This document shows positions 26,526 through 36,543 of a stretch of 43,585 nucleotides of DNA, in pieces; position 1 is the first letter of the stretch, and every line of letters begins with the position of its first letter. The translations under genes were made by a program, and so were the position numbers. This stretch comes from a virus (taxonomy: Duplodnaviria; Caudoviricetes). The notes under the pieces are model-generated. The model searched no databases. It was not told the origin of the DNA and was given only the letters and a program-made list of their open reading frames with translations. The stretch covers positions 1 to 43,585 of the IMG/VR virus record IMGVR_UViG_3300044983_000166; one strand, written 5' to 3'.

Positions 26526-29500
26526 AGTACATTCTAGAGTCCACCGGTGAAGAGGTCGAGGTCCCGGACGACCCGCAGGAGCAGGAGCTAGCGCGGGCGG
26601 CGGGTCTGGTCCCGGCGGCGAGGGTCGAGGCCGGCAAGGGCACGAGGCTCCAGGCCGGCGCCGAGGGCGCCGAGCGCGTGGTGGGCGGCATTGCCGAGGG
26701 CATCCAGCGGGCCACCGGCTTCGGCACCGCTCCGGGGCTCGACCAGGACGCCCAGGGCCAGCCGCTGCCCGGCGGCGGGCTGACCTCGCTGCAGGACGCC
26801 TACAGCCCCGAGGCTCGCCTGCGGCGCGAGGCGCACCCCTACGCCGCGGGAATCGGCACGGGCCTCGCTGCGGCGCCTGCGGCGGGCCTGGCGGCAGCCG
26901 GCGGCGCCCTACTGGCACCCGGAGCCATCCCGCTGATCGGCGGCACGGTGGGCGGCGTCGTCACCGAGGCGGGCGTCCAGGCCGCTGCCCAGGAGTACGA
27001 TGACGCCTGGCTCGAGCAGCGCCCCATGGAGCTGCAGCAGGTGGCGGCCAAGACGCTGATGTTTGCCGGCGCTGACATGCTGTTCCGGGGCGCCTTTGCC
27101 GGCGGCAAGCGCCTGCTGCTCGGCGCCGCGCCGGAGACCGGCGGTCTCGGTCGCAACCTGGTGAGCGAGGCGCAGGGCGTGGCTCGCGAGTCCTCCCCCT
27201 ACGCCAAGCCGGGGGCCAGCGTCGGAGCGGCGCACGCCGAGGACCTGTCCGAGCCCTTCGACGATGCGATCAGCAGCATGTCGGACAAGGACGCCGCCGT
27301 GCTCGCGCGGGACTCCGAGGACCATCTACACCTGGTGAGTCAGCACGCGAGCGAGGAGTTCACCCGCGTCAACCAGGGGCTGACCGACAACCTGGGAACC
27401 AAGCTCAAGTACGAGAACTTCGCCAAGAACGCCGCCGACTGGGACGCACCGCTGCTCGAGCGCCAGGCAGGATGGCTCGATTCCGTGGTCGAGCAGGGCG
27501 ACGGGGTTGCTCGCGAGGTCGCCTCTTTTGCGGAGGGAAAACCGGAAGCCATCGACTTTGGCAACCTCGGCAAGAAGGCCGCCAAGGTCATCGACGACTA
27601 CAACCGGCGGATCGTGCAGGAGACCGATCCGGCTCGGCGCAACCTGCTGACCGACAACGTCAAGAAGCAGCTCGACTCGGTGACCATGAGCATCGACGCG
27701 AGCCACGGCGTGGACGCTGTGACGCGCGGCGACCTGAAGGCGCTGATCGCTCCCTACCGCGAGGAGCTCCGCATGGGCCTGCAGAACCCCAAGTTCTGGG
27801 GCAAGAACGCCAACGTTCAGCGCGACCTCAACGCGCCCTGGCACCAGTTCCTGGAGCACTGGCCCAAGGTGCAGCAGCAGGTCCTCGAGGCCACGGGGCA
27901 CACCGCTTTCGACACGGCGGGCGCCGGGCGCGTCACGCGCGAGAGCACCGTGGACCGCATGCTCTCGCTGCTCGGCAAGGACCCGCGCAGCAATCAGGAA
28001 TTCGGCAAGCATCTGGCCGGCGCGCTCGATGGCCTGAACGGGCTGATCGAGGCGAGCCAGAAGCACGGCATCACCGACAACTCCGCGCTGGAGGCCATGG
28101 CCGGAGACGTTCGGAACCTGATGGAGGACTGGAACCTCGGCACCACGGTGGGCGTGGCCAAGAACCGCGTCGCCATCATGCAGCGCGACCCGCGCAAGTG
28201 GGCTCGCCTCGCTCTCGACTTCGGAGAGCGCCTGCCGCTCGGCGTGGGCAAGACGATCGAGACGGTGCGGCACCTGGGCTCGGCAATGAATGACCTGCAC
28301 CTGCAGCAGGACACGCCGCTCGCCGCAGTGTGGGACCGCGCCTACCAGCGCTTTGCCCAGAACCCGGCGCTGAAGGACCCGAGCATCGCGCGGAACTACG
28401 CCGACTGGGTTGTTGACTCGCTGAACAAGCGCGGCGGCGCCATCCCGCCGCCCGCGGGCGCCATGGGAGCGCCGAGCTCGGCGGCCATGAATGACGTGAT
28501 GACGGGCAGCCCGGGATTCGGGCAGGCGGCGCAGAGCATCTTCAGCAAGGGCGCCGAGGGCGACGCGCTGGCGACCGTTCCGGCGGGATTACGAGAGCGC
28601 GTCGGAGCCGGCGGAATTCGAACAGTGGAGCAGGCTCGCGAACTGCTCACAGGCAATCAGGTGTCCACCGGCACGCTGGATCGCACAGGGTCCCTCGGGG
28701 TCGCCGGTGCGAGCAAGGGCGGCTTGCTTCCAAAGCCAGTCGCTGAACAAGGACTCGTTCCTCGGGTCGTCGGGTCCGATACCGAGGCTTTCCGCAAATT
28801 CCCGATACCCGATCGGGACATCTTTACGCCTCATGTGGGTACTCTAGCAGAAGACGGCATCTACCACGAGCGCCTGTCGGGCCCTGGAGGCAAGACTCCG
28901 GGCGGCTTCTTTCGCGGAGCCGATGGCAAGATTCGTTACATAAAGTCCGACAAGGACGTCGCGCACTCCGCCATCGAGGCAGGAAACTCCAGCATGTACA
29001 CGGCATTGGGCCGGAAGGTGCCGGAGATGCGCGTGGTGAAGCTGCCCGGCGGGCATTCCGCGCTGGCCTCCGAGGCATTCGGTCCAGAGTGGAAAGAGCT
29101 GAACGATATTCCGGATTGGGGCGCACTGCCGAAGAGTGTGCGGGACTCCTACGCCGAGGGCGTGCCCACCGACTTCATCATGGGCAACTGGGACGTCTCC
29201 CGGAACTCCAAGAACATCATGACCGATGGGACGTCCACGCTGATGGTCGACCCGGGGGAGGCGGCGACGAACGCGTGGGCGGCTAAGTGGTTCGCCGGAA
29301 ATGAGAAGCACATCGAGCGCGAGATCGGGCGCACCACCGCGGCGGGGCACGGGAACATTCCTTCCACCGAGGAAGGTTTCTTGCTCGACCCGAAGTGGGG
29401 CGCCTACGTCGGCAAGGAGCCGACGCACACCCTGCTAGGCAGCTACGCCCAGAGTGAGGGCGAGCTGCGAAAGCTGATGGGGCGCAGCTTCGAGCGCAGC

Positions 29501-30502
29501 GTCGCCACCATCGAGCAGGCGGGCGGCCCAGAGGCGTTCATTCGCGCGCACCAACCGACGCTCGGTGAGGCCGAGGTGAAGCGCGCTGCCGCGGAGATGA
29601 CCGACCGGATCGCGAAGTTCAAGACGGCGCTGCCGTTCTTCGCTGCCGCCGCCTACCTCGCTTTCGGTGGCACCGCCGAGGCTGCCGAGCGCCCGCCGCC
29701 GCCCCAGATGCCACCGCAGGCCGCCTACCGCGAGGCCATGCAGGACATCGCCAAGGGCGGGGACGCGCACCTTACGGCGCTGGCCACGAGCGCGCTGCGC
29801 AAGCGAGCTCCGGGCGGCAAGGGCAAGAGCCCGCTCGAGCTGTTCGCCGGCAGCCGGTCGATCGAGGACGCTGTGGAGCAGACGCGCCAGGCGCTCGGCA
29901 GAGACCCGTCGGAGCTCGTCAAGATGCTGGGCGGCGCGGTGGGCGACCTCTGGAAAACGCATCCCGGCGTGTACGGCGCGGTGGTGCAGAAGGCGCACCA
30001 GATCGGCGCGTACCTCCAGCAGAACTGGCCTCAGCCGACCGCCACGACGCTGCTCGACCCGAGGGGCGGAAAGCTCTCGTTCGATCGCGCATGGGACAGC
30101 GCCGCAAAGTTCGTTGGAGCCGCGATGCCCAAGACGGCTCTGCGCGAGGTCGCGCGCGGAACGGCGGCGCCCGAAATGATCGCTTCCGTGAAGGAAAACT
30201 GGCCAGAACTCTGGGAGCCGTTCCGCGCCGAGATGCTGGGGCAGATCCAGCGGCGCGCGGCCGCCGGCCGCCACATCCCGTCCGAGCGCCTGCGCCGGCT
30301 AGATCAGACGCTGGGCATGGACGGCCAGCTCGACCCGAGCGCGAGCCTCGCGGTGGCCGCTCACTTCCTCACCGCTCAGGACGCCGAGGCGCAGAAGCGC
30401 CAGCAGGCTGGACAGAGCAGCGGGTCCAAAGCACTCTCAAACCCATCAGCTTCGGGCATGCGTACGCGGCTCGATGCCATCAACAGCGAAAGGCAGCCAT
30501 GA
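26522..30502 (+). CDS. Large ejection protein carrying a HipA/PI3-PI4K-like kinase domain
   Basis: 1326 aa; GGKTPGGFF...YIK...E...DFIMGNWDV...NI...VDPG at about 28860-29280. Confidence 0.72.
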   Translation: MKYILESTGEEVEVPDDPQEQELARAAGLVPAARVEAGKGTRLQAGAEGAERVVGGIAEGIQRATGFGTAPGLDQDAQGQPLPGGGLTSLQDAYSPEARLRREAHPYAAGIGTGLAAAPAAGLAAAGGALLAPGAIPLIGGTVGGVVTEAGVQAAAQEYDDAWLEQRPMELQQVAAKTLMFAGADMLFRGAFAGGKRLLLGAAPETGGLGRNLVSEAQGVARESSPYAKPGASVGAAHAEDLSEPFDDAISSMSDKDAAVLARDSEDHLHLVSQHASEEFTRVNQGLTDNLGTKLKYENFAKNAADWDAPLLERQAGWLDSVVEQGDGVAREVASFAEGKPEAIDFGNLGKKAAKVIDDYNRRIVQETDPARRNLLTDNVKKQLDSVTMSIDASHGVDAVTRGDLKALIAPYREELRMGLQNPKFWGKNANVQRDLNAPWHQFLEHWPKVQQQVLEATGHTAFDTAGAGRVTRESTVDRMLSLLGKDPRSNQEFGKHLAGALDGLNGLIEASQKHGITDNSALEAMAGDVRNLMEDWNLGTTVGVAKNRVAIMQRDPRKWARLALDFGERLPLGVGKTIETVRHLGSAMNDLHLQQDTPLAAVWDRAYQRFAQNPALKDPSIARNYADWVVDSLNKRGGAIPPPAGAMGAPSSAAMNDVMTGSPGFGQAAQSIFSKGAEGDALATVPAGLRERVGAGGIRTVEQARELLTGNQVSTGTLDRTGSLGVAGASKGGLLPKPVAEQGLVPRVVGSDTEAFRKFPIPDRDIFTPHVGTLAEDGIYHERLSGPGGKTPGGFFRGADGKIRYIKSDKDVAHSAIEAGNSSMYTALGRKVPEMRVVKLPGGHSALASEAFGPEWKELNDIPDWGALPKSVRDSYAEGVPTDFIMGNWDVSRNSKNIMTDGTSTLMVDPGEAATNAWAAKWFAGNEKHIEREIGRTTAAGHGNIPSTEEGFLLDPKWGAYVGKEPTHTLLGSYAQSEGELRKLMGRSFERSVATIEQAGGPEAFIRAHQPTLGEAEVKRAAAEMTDRIAKFKTALPFFAAAAYLAFGGTAEAAERPPPPQMPPQAAYREAMQDIAKGGDAHLTALATSALRKRAPGGKGKSPLELFAGSRSIEDAVEQTRQALGRDPSELVKMLGGAVGDLWKTHPGVYGAVVQKAHQIGAYLQQNWPQPTATTLLDPRGGKLSFDRAWDSAAKFVGAAMPKTALREVARGTAAPEMIASVKENWPELWEPFRAEMLGQIQRRAAAGRHIPSERLRRLDQTLGMDGQLDPSASLAVAAHFLTAQDAEAQKRQQAGQSSGSKALSNPSASGMRTRLDAINSERQP

Positions 30503-30801
30503 TCCAAGGCGGGCTAATCCCCAACTGGGGACCGAACGTGTATCGAACCGTCACCACGGGCGACCTGAAGACGGTCAGCGGCATGCCCAAGCGCTGCGCG
30601 TGCTTCCTCAACTTCACGAGCACCGACGCGGCGGCACAGACCGTCGTGTTCACCGGCCCCGACGGCGTCAACGTGACCAAGACACTACCGCCTGGCGGAG
30701 ACATTGCCTATTACGGCGACTTTTCTACGCTCGGAACCACCGGCGCAAACGTGACCGTGGTTGCTGGGTGGGTAGCTGACAACATCATTCCGAACAACTG
30801 A
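30499..30801 (+). CDS. Small beta-rich structural protein
   Basis: ATGA-coupled, AAGG RBS, 100 aa. Confidence 0.65.
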   Translation: MIQGGLIPNWGPNVYRTVTTGDLKTVSGMPKRCACFLNFTSTDAAAQTVVFTGPDGVNVTKTLPPGGDIAYYGDFSTLGTTGANVTVVAGWVADNIIPNN

Positions 30802-30804
30802 TCC

Positions 30805-31578
30805 ATGCCGAACCTAGCAGCGCGCCGCGTATCCAATAGGTCCAAGTTCGGGCCGCGCCAGGTGAGCGCGCTGAAGGGCTGGCTCAGGCTCGCGGACAGC
30901 ACGCAGAGCGGCGGTGAGTGGACGAGCATCGTTGACGTTCTCAACCCCGGCTCACCGATGGTGCAGACCGACGTAGACCGTCGCGCGGCGGTGGGCGCGA
31001 GCGCCAACGGCCTGCCGACGATGGTTTTTGATGCGACGGACGTCCACCTCTGGCCCGTCAGTCCCGCGCACAGCAGCACGACCAAGGTAGGCATCTGGCT
31101 CTGGTACAAGCCAGCCACGATCGTTGGCACTCAGTTTCTGTACAACGTACAGAACGCTGTAGCCGGCTCCGCTACGCGGCGCCTGGCCATCTTTCAAAAC
31201 GGCGCGACGCTGCAGTTCACAGCCTATCTGGACAACTTCAACGGTCGGTCTGGAGCCACGGGCGCAATCCTAAGCGCTGGCGTGTTTGCTGCCCATTATT
31301 TCCAGTATGACTCGTCACGCGGCGGAGACGCCAATATCGCGATCTTTTCGGGTGGCGTAGCTCAATCTCTGGCCTACTCAAACGACGGCGCGGGCGGTGT
31401 GCTGGGAGCGCTGCAGGCAGCCAGCGGATCGGCTGTAATTGGCGGCTCAACGGATAGCGACACGCCCAGCAACCCCATCGCCAACGGTGGGCAACTCGGT
31501 CCCAACGGATACGCTTTCGATGACAACCTTACGGCGCAGCAAATCGCGAACTTCCTCGCCTTTGAAGCTCCAACCTGA
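30805..31578 (+). CDS. LamG/concanavalin-A-like virion protein
   Basis: LKGWLRLAD...EWTS..., NGLPTMVFD, IWLWYK, FDDNLTAQQIANF. Confidence 0.65.
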   Translation: MPNLAARRVSNRSKFGPRQVSALKGWLRLADSTQSGGEWTSIVDVLNPGSPMVQTDVDRRAAVGASANGLPTMVFDATDVHLWPVSPAHSSTTKVGIWLWYKPATIVGTQFLYNVQNAVAGSATRRLAIFQNGATLQFTAYLDNFNGRSGATGAILSAGVFAAHYFQYDSSRGGDANIAIFSGGVAQSLAYSNDGAGGVLGALQAASGSAVIGGSTDSDTPSNPIANGGQLGPNGYAFDDNLTAQQIANFLAFEAPT

Positions 31579-31587
31579 GGGCGACCC

Positions 31588-31767
31588 ATGGCATCGCGAC
31601 GCAAGACATTCACCCCGAAGGGGCCAGCCCCCACGGATCCGCACCAGTACGCGGCGTTCGCCGCCGATGTGCTGCTGAACAACATCTCTGCCCAGGCAAC
31701 CAAGCTCATCGAGAGCCGGGACGGAAACGGCAAGCTCGTGCTCGAATACGACGACCCCAATGGCTGA
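31588..31767 (+). CDS. Small hypothetical protein (59 aa)
   Basis: GAGG RBS; MASRRKTFTPKG...; GC3-rich codons. Confidence 0.6.
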   Translation: MASRRKTFTPKGPAPTDPHQYAAFAADVLLNNISAQATKLIESRDGNGKLVLEYDDPNG

Positions 31768-31796
31768 AGGTGAAAGACCATGCACGTCAACAACAC

Positions 31797-31805
31797 TGCT
31801 ACAAT
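31797..31805 (+). promoter_or_regulatory. Extended -10 promoter element
   Basis: TGcTACAAT 8 nt before ATG 31814; ACGTCAA half-site at 31784-31790. Confidence 0.4.
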
Positions 31806-31813
31806 AAGTCGCG

Positions 31814-32284
31814 ATGCAACAGTTCCAGGACTTGGTCAGAGACTACTGGCGGCCTTTGATCGAGGCCTTGGCTGGCTGTTCCTTTCTCGCGGCTACGTGG
31901 GCAGCGCAGCGTACCAAGCGGTGGCTGCGCGAGCTCTTGGAGCGCGAGAGGCTGAGCTACGAGAAGCTAGAGCAGAAGCTGCACGAGCGCGCTCTGAGGC
32001 AGCACAACGAGACCTTGAGGATTCTCTCCGAAGCATCCGTGAACGGGGAGCGGCCCACGTTGGAATCCTTGCTCGCCAACGAGGCGCGCGACTTCTCGCT
32101 GGAGTCGTCCGCGGAGCGGTTCACTCCGCCGACGCCCATGAGCAGCAAGCGCGAGCCGCCGAGTACCCTTCACCGCACCCCCGCTCCGCCGACTCCGGTA
32201 CCCACCGACTGGAGCGACGACGACTTGCCGACTGTGACACCGGCACCCACCAGCTGGAGACCGCCGAATAATGGCCGCGAGTAA
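31814..32284 (+). CDS. Hypothetical membrane-anchored protein
   Basis: N-terminal hydrophobic segment, coiled coil, Pro-rich tail. Confidence 0.6.
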   Translation: MQQFQDLVRDYWRPLIEALAGCSFLAATWAAQRTKRWLRELLERERLSYEKLEQKLHERALRQHNETLRILSEASVNGERPTLESLLANEARDFSLESSAERFTPPTPMSSKREPPSTLHRTPAPPTPVPTDWSDDDLPTVTPAPTSWRPPNNGRE

Positions 32285-32804
32285 GCCCACGCCGGTGGAC
32301 GAGCTGCTGGCGCGATTCCAGCTGGAGAACGAGCGCGCCATCTCCAAGCTGCGCTCGGAGTTCCAGCAGCAGCAGGGAGACCTGGCTATGCGCGTTGCCA
32401 AGCTCACCGACGTGTGCACCGAGATGGCGGCTACCGTGAACCACCAGACGCAGCAACTCGAGGATGCCGTCCACCATACGCGCAAGGGCGTGGATGAGTG
32501 CAACCTGGCCATGAAGGAAGCGGCCAAGGCAGCGCGCGAGGCAGCGGACAGCGCCGCGGTATTCGAGAAGCTGAAGGACTCGCAGCCCGATTTCTCCCGG
32601 CAGGTGCAGGCGCTCGAGGTGCGGATCGCCGCAGTGGTCGACAGGAACAGCCACCTCGGCGAGATGCTGAACGGGCTCACCAAGCGCCTGGATGAATTCG
32701 AGGTGGTGGCGGACACGATGGAGGAGACGCAGGGCGAGGTCCGTGGTCTGGACATCGGCCTGAAGAAGCTGCAGGCTCAGGAGCGCACGTCGCGTCCCAT
32801 CTGA
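32271..32804 (+). CDS. Coiled-coil hypothetical protein
   Basis: 177 aa, heptad-rich. Confidence 0.65.
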   Translation: MAASKPTPVDELLARFQLENERAISKLRSEFQQQQGDLAMRVAKLTDVCTEMAATVNHQTQQLEDAVHHTRKGVDECNLAMKEAAKAAREAADSAAVFEKLKDSQPDFSRQVQALEVRIAAVVDRNSHLGEMLNGLTKRLDEFEVVADTMEETQGEVRGLDIGLKKLQAQERTSRPI

Positions 32805-32834
32805 GGCGCACGTCCCCTCTCAAAGGAGCAACGT

Positions 32835-32903
32835 ATGGGAACCAAGAAGACGAAGCCCGGCACCAAGGGTGCCAAGGGCACCAAGAAGGGCAAGGGCTGC
32901 TAA
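32835..32903 (+). CDS. 22-aa Lys/Gly-rich peptide
   Basis: AAAGGAG RBS; MGTKKTKPGTKGAKGTKKGKGC. Confidence 0.6.
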   Translation: MGTKKTKPGTKGAKGTKKGKGC

Positions 32904-34495
32904 GCAGCCATTGGTAGCGCCGCCGGTTCGAGCAGAGACCGCACGCGCTTCCTGCGCACCAGGCGGCGCCCTGCTCGAACCGCGGCGTCCTTCTCCAGCT
33001 TCTCCTGGTACGCCGCGAAGTCAGCATCTCCCGGCTTCGGCCGCACCGACTGAGCAGGCACGAACCGCTGTGACAGCTGGCTGATGGCGCCGATCGCGGC
33101 GTCCGTCACGTCGTCCACATAGCCCTCGCGGTGGGTCTGCTTGTCCTCGCTCCAGGGCAGCGCGCTCCACTCTGAGAGCAGCTCGCCGCAGTGCTCGGGG
33201 CGAATCTTCAGAGCGCCGGTGTGCAGCACCGCACGGGTGTACTCGATGCGCGGCTTCTTGCGCCCCTTGCCGAGCGGCTGCACCAGCACGCCGTTATGTT
33301 CCATGTTGGCGATGAGCCGGTCTCCCTCGCCGCCGCAGTCCACATACGCCTCGCTCGTGTGCCAGTCCGTCTTGAGCTGCTTGAGCTCCGCCGCGATTTC
33401 GGCGTCGTTCATCTCGGGCAGGTAGTAGGCGCGCAGCAGGACAATCTCCCGCCCACGCAGGCTCTTGGCTGCCACCGCAAAGCCGTTTCCGTCGCCCCAG
33501 CCCACGTCCGCCGCCACGACGATCCGCCACGGCCCGGGGGGCAGCGCGTAGCCCTCGGGCAGCATGTTGCGCTCGCTGCACCGGTACACGTTCGCATCCG
33601 TGTCGTTGACCCAGTCGGCGAGGTATTCCCGGCGGAACTCGGCCGCCAGCCGCGACAGCACCGGAACCCAGCGCTCATCCGAGAGCGGCACGCCCTTGAG
33701 CGCCACGAGCTCGGCCACCATCGCCTCCGGCTTCGTGTCGTCCAGGATGAAATCCTCGCACTCGAACACTTCCTTGAAGTAGCCGGCGGCGTCCAGGTAC
33801 GGGTTCTCCAGCGCCGTCCAGTGGTGCGTGCTCCACTGCTGGACCTTCCGACCCTTATGGTCGCGCCCGCTGCACTTCTCGTAGAAGAAGCCCATCGGAG
33901 CCATCGCCGGGCTGCCGCACAGGATGAGCTGGCCGCCGCCCAGGTGGAACGTGTCCATGAACTGCGGCGTGATGACGCTGCCGATCAGGTAGCGGAACTG
34001 GACGTCATGGCCGAGGAACGAGCCCGACTCGTCCACCGCCGCGCGCCGGAGCCCGCCCTTGAGACCGCGCAGCTTCTCGACCTGTGCCCTATCCTTCGCA
34101 GCGCGCAGGAGAACCTTGTATCCGTTCGGCAGGGTGTAGGTCAGGTCGAGCGCGTTGAACGATCCGCCCAGCTCGTACTTCTTGTCGAACTCCTCCAGCA
34201 CGGGCCAGAGGATGGCTTTCGCGTGCTCCTTGGTCTGCGCCACGAACAGCGAGGTTGCACCAGGCCAGCGGTGGAACTCCTCGAGTAGCCACGCGCCCAC
34301 GACGTAGGACCCGCCGGCGCGGCGCCCTTTTTCCAAGCACTTACGGTTGCTCGGGTCCTCGATGACCGCGCGCTGCGCCGGGTGCAGGTCGGCCAGAATG
34401 CGCCACCAGGGGCTGTCCGGGTCGTCGGCTACGTGTGCGGATTCAACGGTCTCCTCCAGCAAATAGCTGTCGTTGTCGTGGAGGAGTCCAGGCAT
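32900..34495 (-). CDS. terL: Terminase large subunit
   Basis: Q motif HPAQ, P-loop KGRRAGGS, Walker B AAVDE, coupling motif CGSP, RNase H AADVGWGDG and DDVTDA. Confidence 0.92.
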   Translation of the reverse strand: MPGLLHDNDSYLLEETVESAHVADDPDSPWWRILADLHPAQRAVIEDPSNRKCLEKGRRAGGSYVVGAWLLEEFHRWPGATSLFVAQTKEHAKAILWPVLEEFDKKYELGGSFNALDLTYTLPNGYKVLLRAAKDRAQVEKLRGLKGGLRRAAVDESGSFLGHDVQFRYLIGSVITPQFMDTFHLGGGQLILCGSPAMAPMGFFYEKCSGRDHKGRKVQQWSTHHWTALENPYLDAAGYFKEVFECEDFILDDTKPEAMVAELVALKGVPLSDERWVPVLSRLAAEFRREYLADWVNDTDANVYRCSERNMLPEGYALPPGPWRIVVAADVGWGDGNGFAVAAKSLRGREIVLLRAYYLPEMNDAEIAAELKQLKTDWHTSEAYVDCGGEGDRLIANMEHNGVLVQPLGKGRKKPRIEYTRAVLHTGALKIRPEHCGELLSEWSALPWSEDKQTHREGYVDDVTDAAIGAISQLSQRFVPAQSVRPKPGDADFAAYQEKLEKDAAVRAGRRLVRRKRVRSLLEPAALPMAA

Positions 34496-34497
34496 GG

Positions 34498-34554
34498 TCT
34501 ACGTCAAATGTGACGTGTCCTAGTTTGACGTATGGGCCGGTTCCAGTCCAGACT
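34498..34554 (+). promoter_or_regulatory. Putative late promoter (copy 3) in the terL/portal divergent gap
   Basis: TCTACGTCA-AATG-TGACG-TGTCCTAGT-TTGACG-N18-CAGACT. Confidence 0.62.
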
Positions 34555-34562
34555 ATGGGCCA

Positions 34563-36530
34563 ATGGCGGTACTTCTCGAACACTGGGCAGACATCGAGCC
34601 TGGCGAGGGTGATGACCCCTGGCTGGATGCCGGCAACGCCCTGTGCGCCAAGGCTCGCAAGTATCAGATGGGCACGACCTCGCTGCGCAAGGAGCGAGCG
34701 AACGATCTGCTGAGCCGATACGAGGGCCTGAACCTGGACCGCTTCGACGTGGCCTCGTACGACGCCGCGCAGCCATTCGATTACGTCGACTCCAAGCCGA
34801 ACGGCGACCAGGGCGAGCCCTACCGCCAGACGCACAACTACGGCGCGCGCGTCATGGACGCGATCGACGCGAAGATTTTCAGCCTGGAGCGCACCAAGAC
34901 GAAGTTTGTCGTGAGCGATGGCGGCTGGAAGGTGAAGGCTGCCGCGGTGAAGGGCGCGCGCTTCGTTGAAGGCGTGATGACCGAGCAGTGCGGCATCTTC
35001 AAGGATATGTGGGAGTGCTGGCGCCACGGAGCTCGCCTCACCACGATCGCGACCACCGCCTGCATGATGTTCTTTTGGGCGGACCCCAAGGTGAACAAGA
35101 TCGTTGCCGAGCTGGACGACACCTTGAACATCTGGGTGGAGACGGGCGGCCTACCCTACGACGGCTACACCGCGATCGGGCGCGTCACCTACTGGGAGCC
35201 GCGCAAGCTCGCCGCGCGCTTCCCGGAGCACAAGGCAGCGATCCTGGCTGCAGCAGCAGACCCCAAGATGCTGACGCGCTGGCGCGAGCTCTACTCCGAG
35301 GAGGACGACGAGCTGCAGGACGACCAACTGCGCGTTCCGCTCGTTCAGGGCTGGCGCATGCAGTATGGCGACCCCGAGGACGGCGGCGTGAAGGGCGTCC
35401 AGATGTGCGCCATTCCCGGGCTGGTTCTCGAGCGCCGCGACTACGACAGCCCGGACCCGCCCTGCGTGCGGCTCTGCCCCATGCCCCAGCTCGCGGGGAA
35501 CTGGGGCCGCACCATCTTCGAGCGCTGCGTCGCGGCCGACCAGCGCTACAACGAGATCCTCAACAGCGTCGACAACGCCGAGCGCCTGCACCCCAAAGGC
35601 TCGGTCACCTACGACCCGACCTCCACAGACCCGGAGACGCTGGCACACATCAAGGACGTGGTGCACATCCCGCACACGGGCCCCATGGATCGGCGCCCCA
35701 TCTACGACGCACCGGCGCCGTTCCACCCCGTGGTTCTCGAGCTGCTGAAGGTCCACAAGGACGCCGTTTTTGACCTGCCCGGAATGAACGAGGCGCACGC
35801 CACGATGGCGCTCGGTAAGGGCCTGAGCGGCGTAGCGATTCGCCTGCTCAAGCAGGAGGTCTACGAAATCTTCGCTCCGCTAGAGGACGACTTCACGCGC
35901 TGCGTGGGCCCCGAGACAGCCAAGCAGATCATTCGCTGCGCCAAGGAGCTCCAGAAGCAGGGCGGATTCACCGCGCGCTGGAAGGGTGGCAAGAAGGGCG
36001 GCTGGCTCAAGGAGATCTCCGCCGACGTCTTCAACCTGCTCGATGACGAGGCGTTCCGCATCGAGCCCCAGGCGGTGAGCGGAACGACCGACACGCTGGC
36101 GGATAACGTAGAGCTCGCCAAGGAGCTGGTGCAGCTCGGCATTATCAGCGGCGAGGCGTACGCGCAGATCGTACAGACGGGCTACGTGTTCGGTGCCACG
36201 GGCACGAAGCTGTCACAGGTCGAGGAGCAGCTTGCCGAGCGCCTGATCGACGACTGGATGTACGAGGACCTGGAGACCGCGCGCGCGCGCTACATGGCGC
36301 CCGAGATCTGGATGGACAAGGACTTCGGTCTGACGCTGACGATCGGCGCGGCGTACCTCCAGGCGCGCATGGACATGATCAACGACATGGACGATCGCGA
36401 GGTGACAGAGCGCCTCGGGCTGTTCAAGACGTATATGAGCCAGCTCGCGGCCAACGCCCAGCAGCGCCAAATGATGGCCGCGCAGGCGCAGGCAGCACAA
36501 CAAGGTCAGATGCCGCCAGCGGCGGCGTAA
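34563..36530 (+). CDS. Portal protein
   Basis: 655 aa next to TerL; WGRTI, GLSGVAIRL, Gln-rich C-terminus typical of podovirus portals. Confidence 0.8.
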   Translation: MAVLLEHWADIEPGEGDDPWLDAGNALCAKARKYQMGTTSLRKERANDLLSRYEGLNLDRFDVASYDAAQPFDYVDSKPNGDQGEPYRQTHNYGARVMDAIDAKIFSLERTKTKFVVSDGGWKVKAAAVKGARFVEGVMTEQCGIFKDMWECWRHGARLTTIATTACMMFFWADPKVNKIVAELDDTLNIWVETGGLPYDGYTAIGRVTYWEPRKLAARFPEHKAAILAAAADPKMLTRWRELYSEEDDELQDDQLRVPLVQGWRMQYGDPEDGGVKGVQMCAIPGLVLERRDYDSPDPPCVRLCPMPQLAGNWGRTIFERCVAADQRYNEILNSVDNAERLHPKGSVTYDPTSTDPETLAHIKDVVHIPHTGPMDRRPIYDAPAPFHPVVLELLKVHKDAVFDLPGMNEAHATMALGKGLSGVAIRLLKQEVYEIFAPLEDDFTRCVGPETAKQIIRCAKELQKQGGFTARWKGGKKGGWLKEISADVFNLLDDEAFRIEPQAVSGTTDTLADNVELAKELVQLGIISGEAYAQIVQTGYVFGATGTKLSQVEEQLAERLIDDWMYEDLETARARYMAPEIWMDKDFGLTLTIGAAYLQARMDMINDMDDREVTERLGLFKTYMSQLAANAQQRQMMAAQAQAAQQGQMPPAAA

Positions 36531-36543
36531 CGAGGAGACATCA

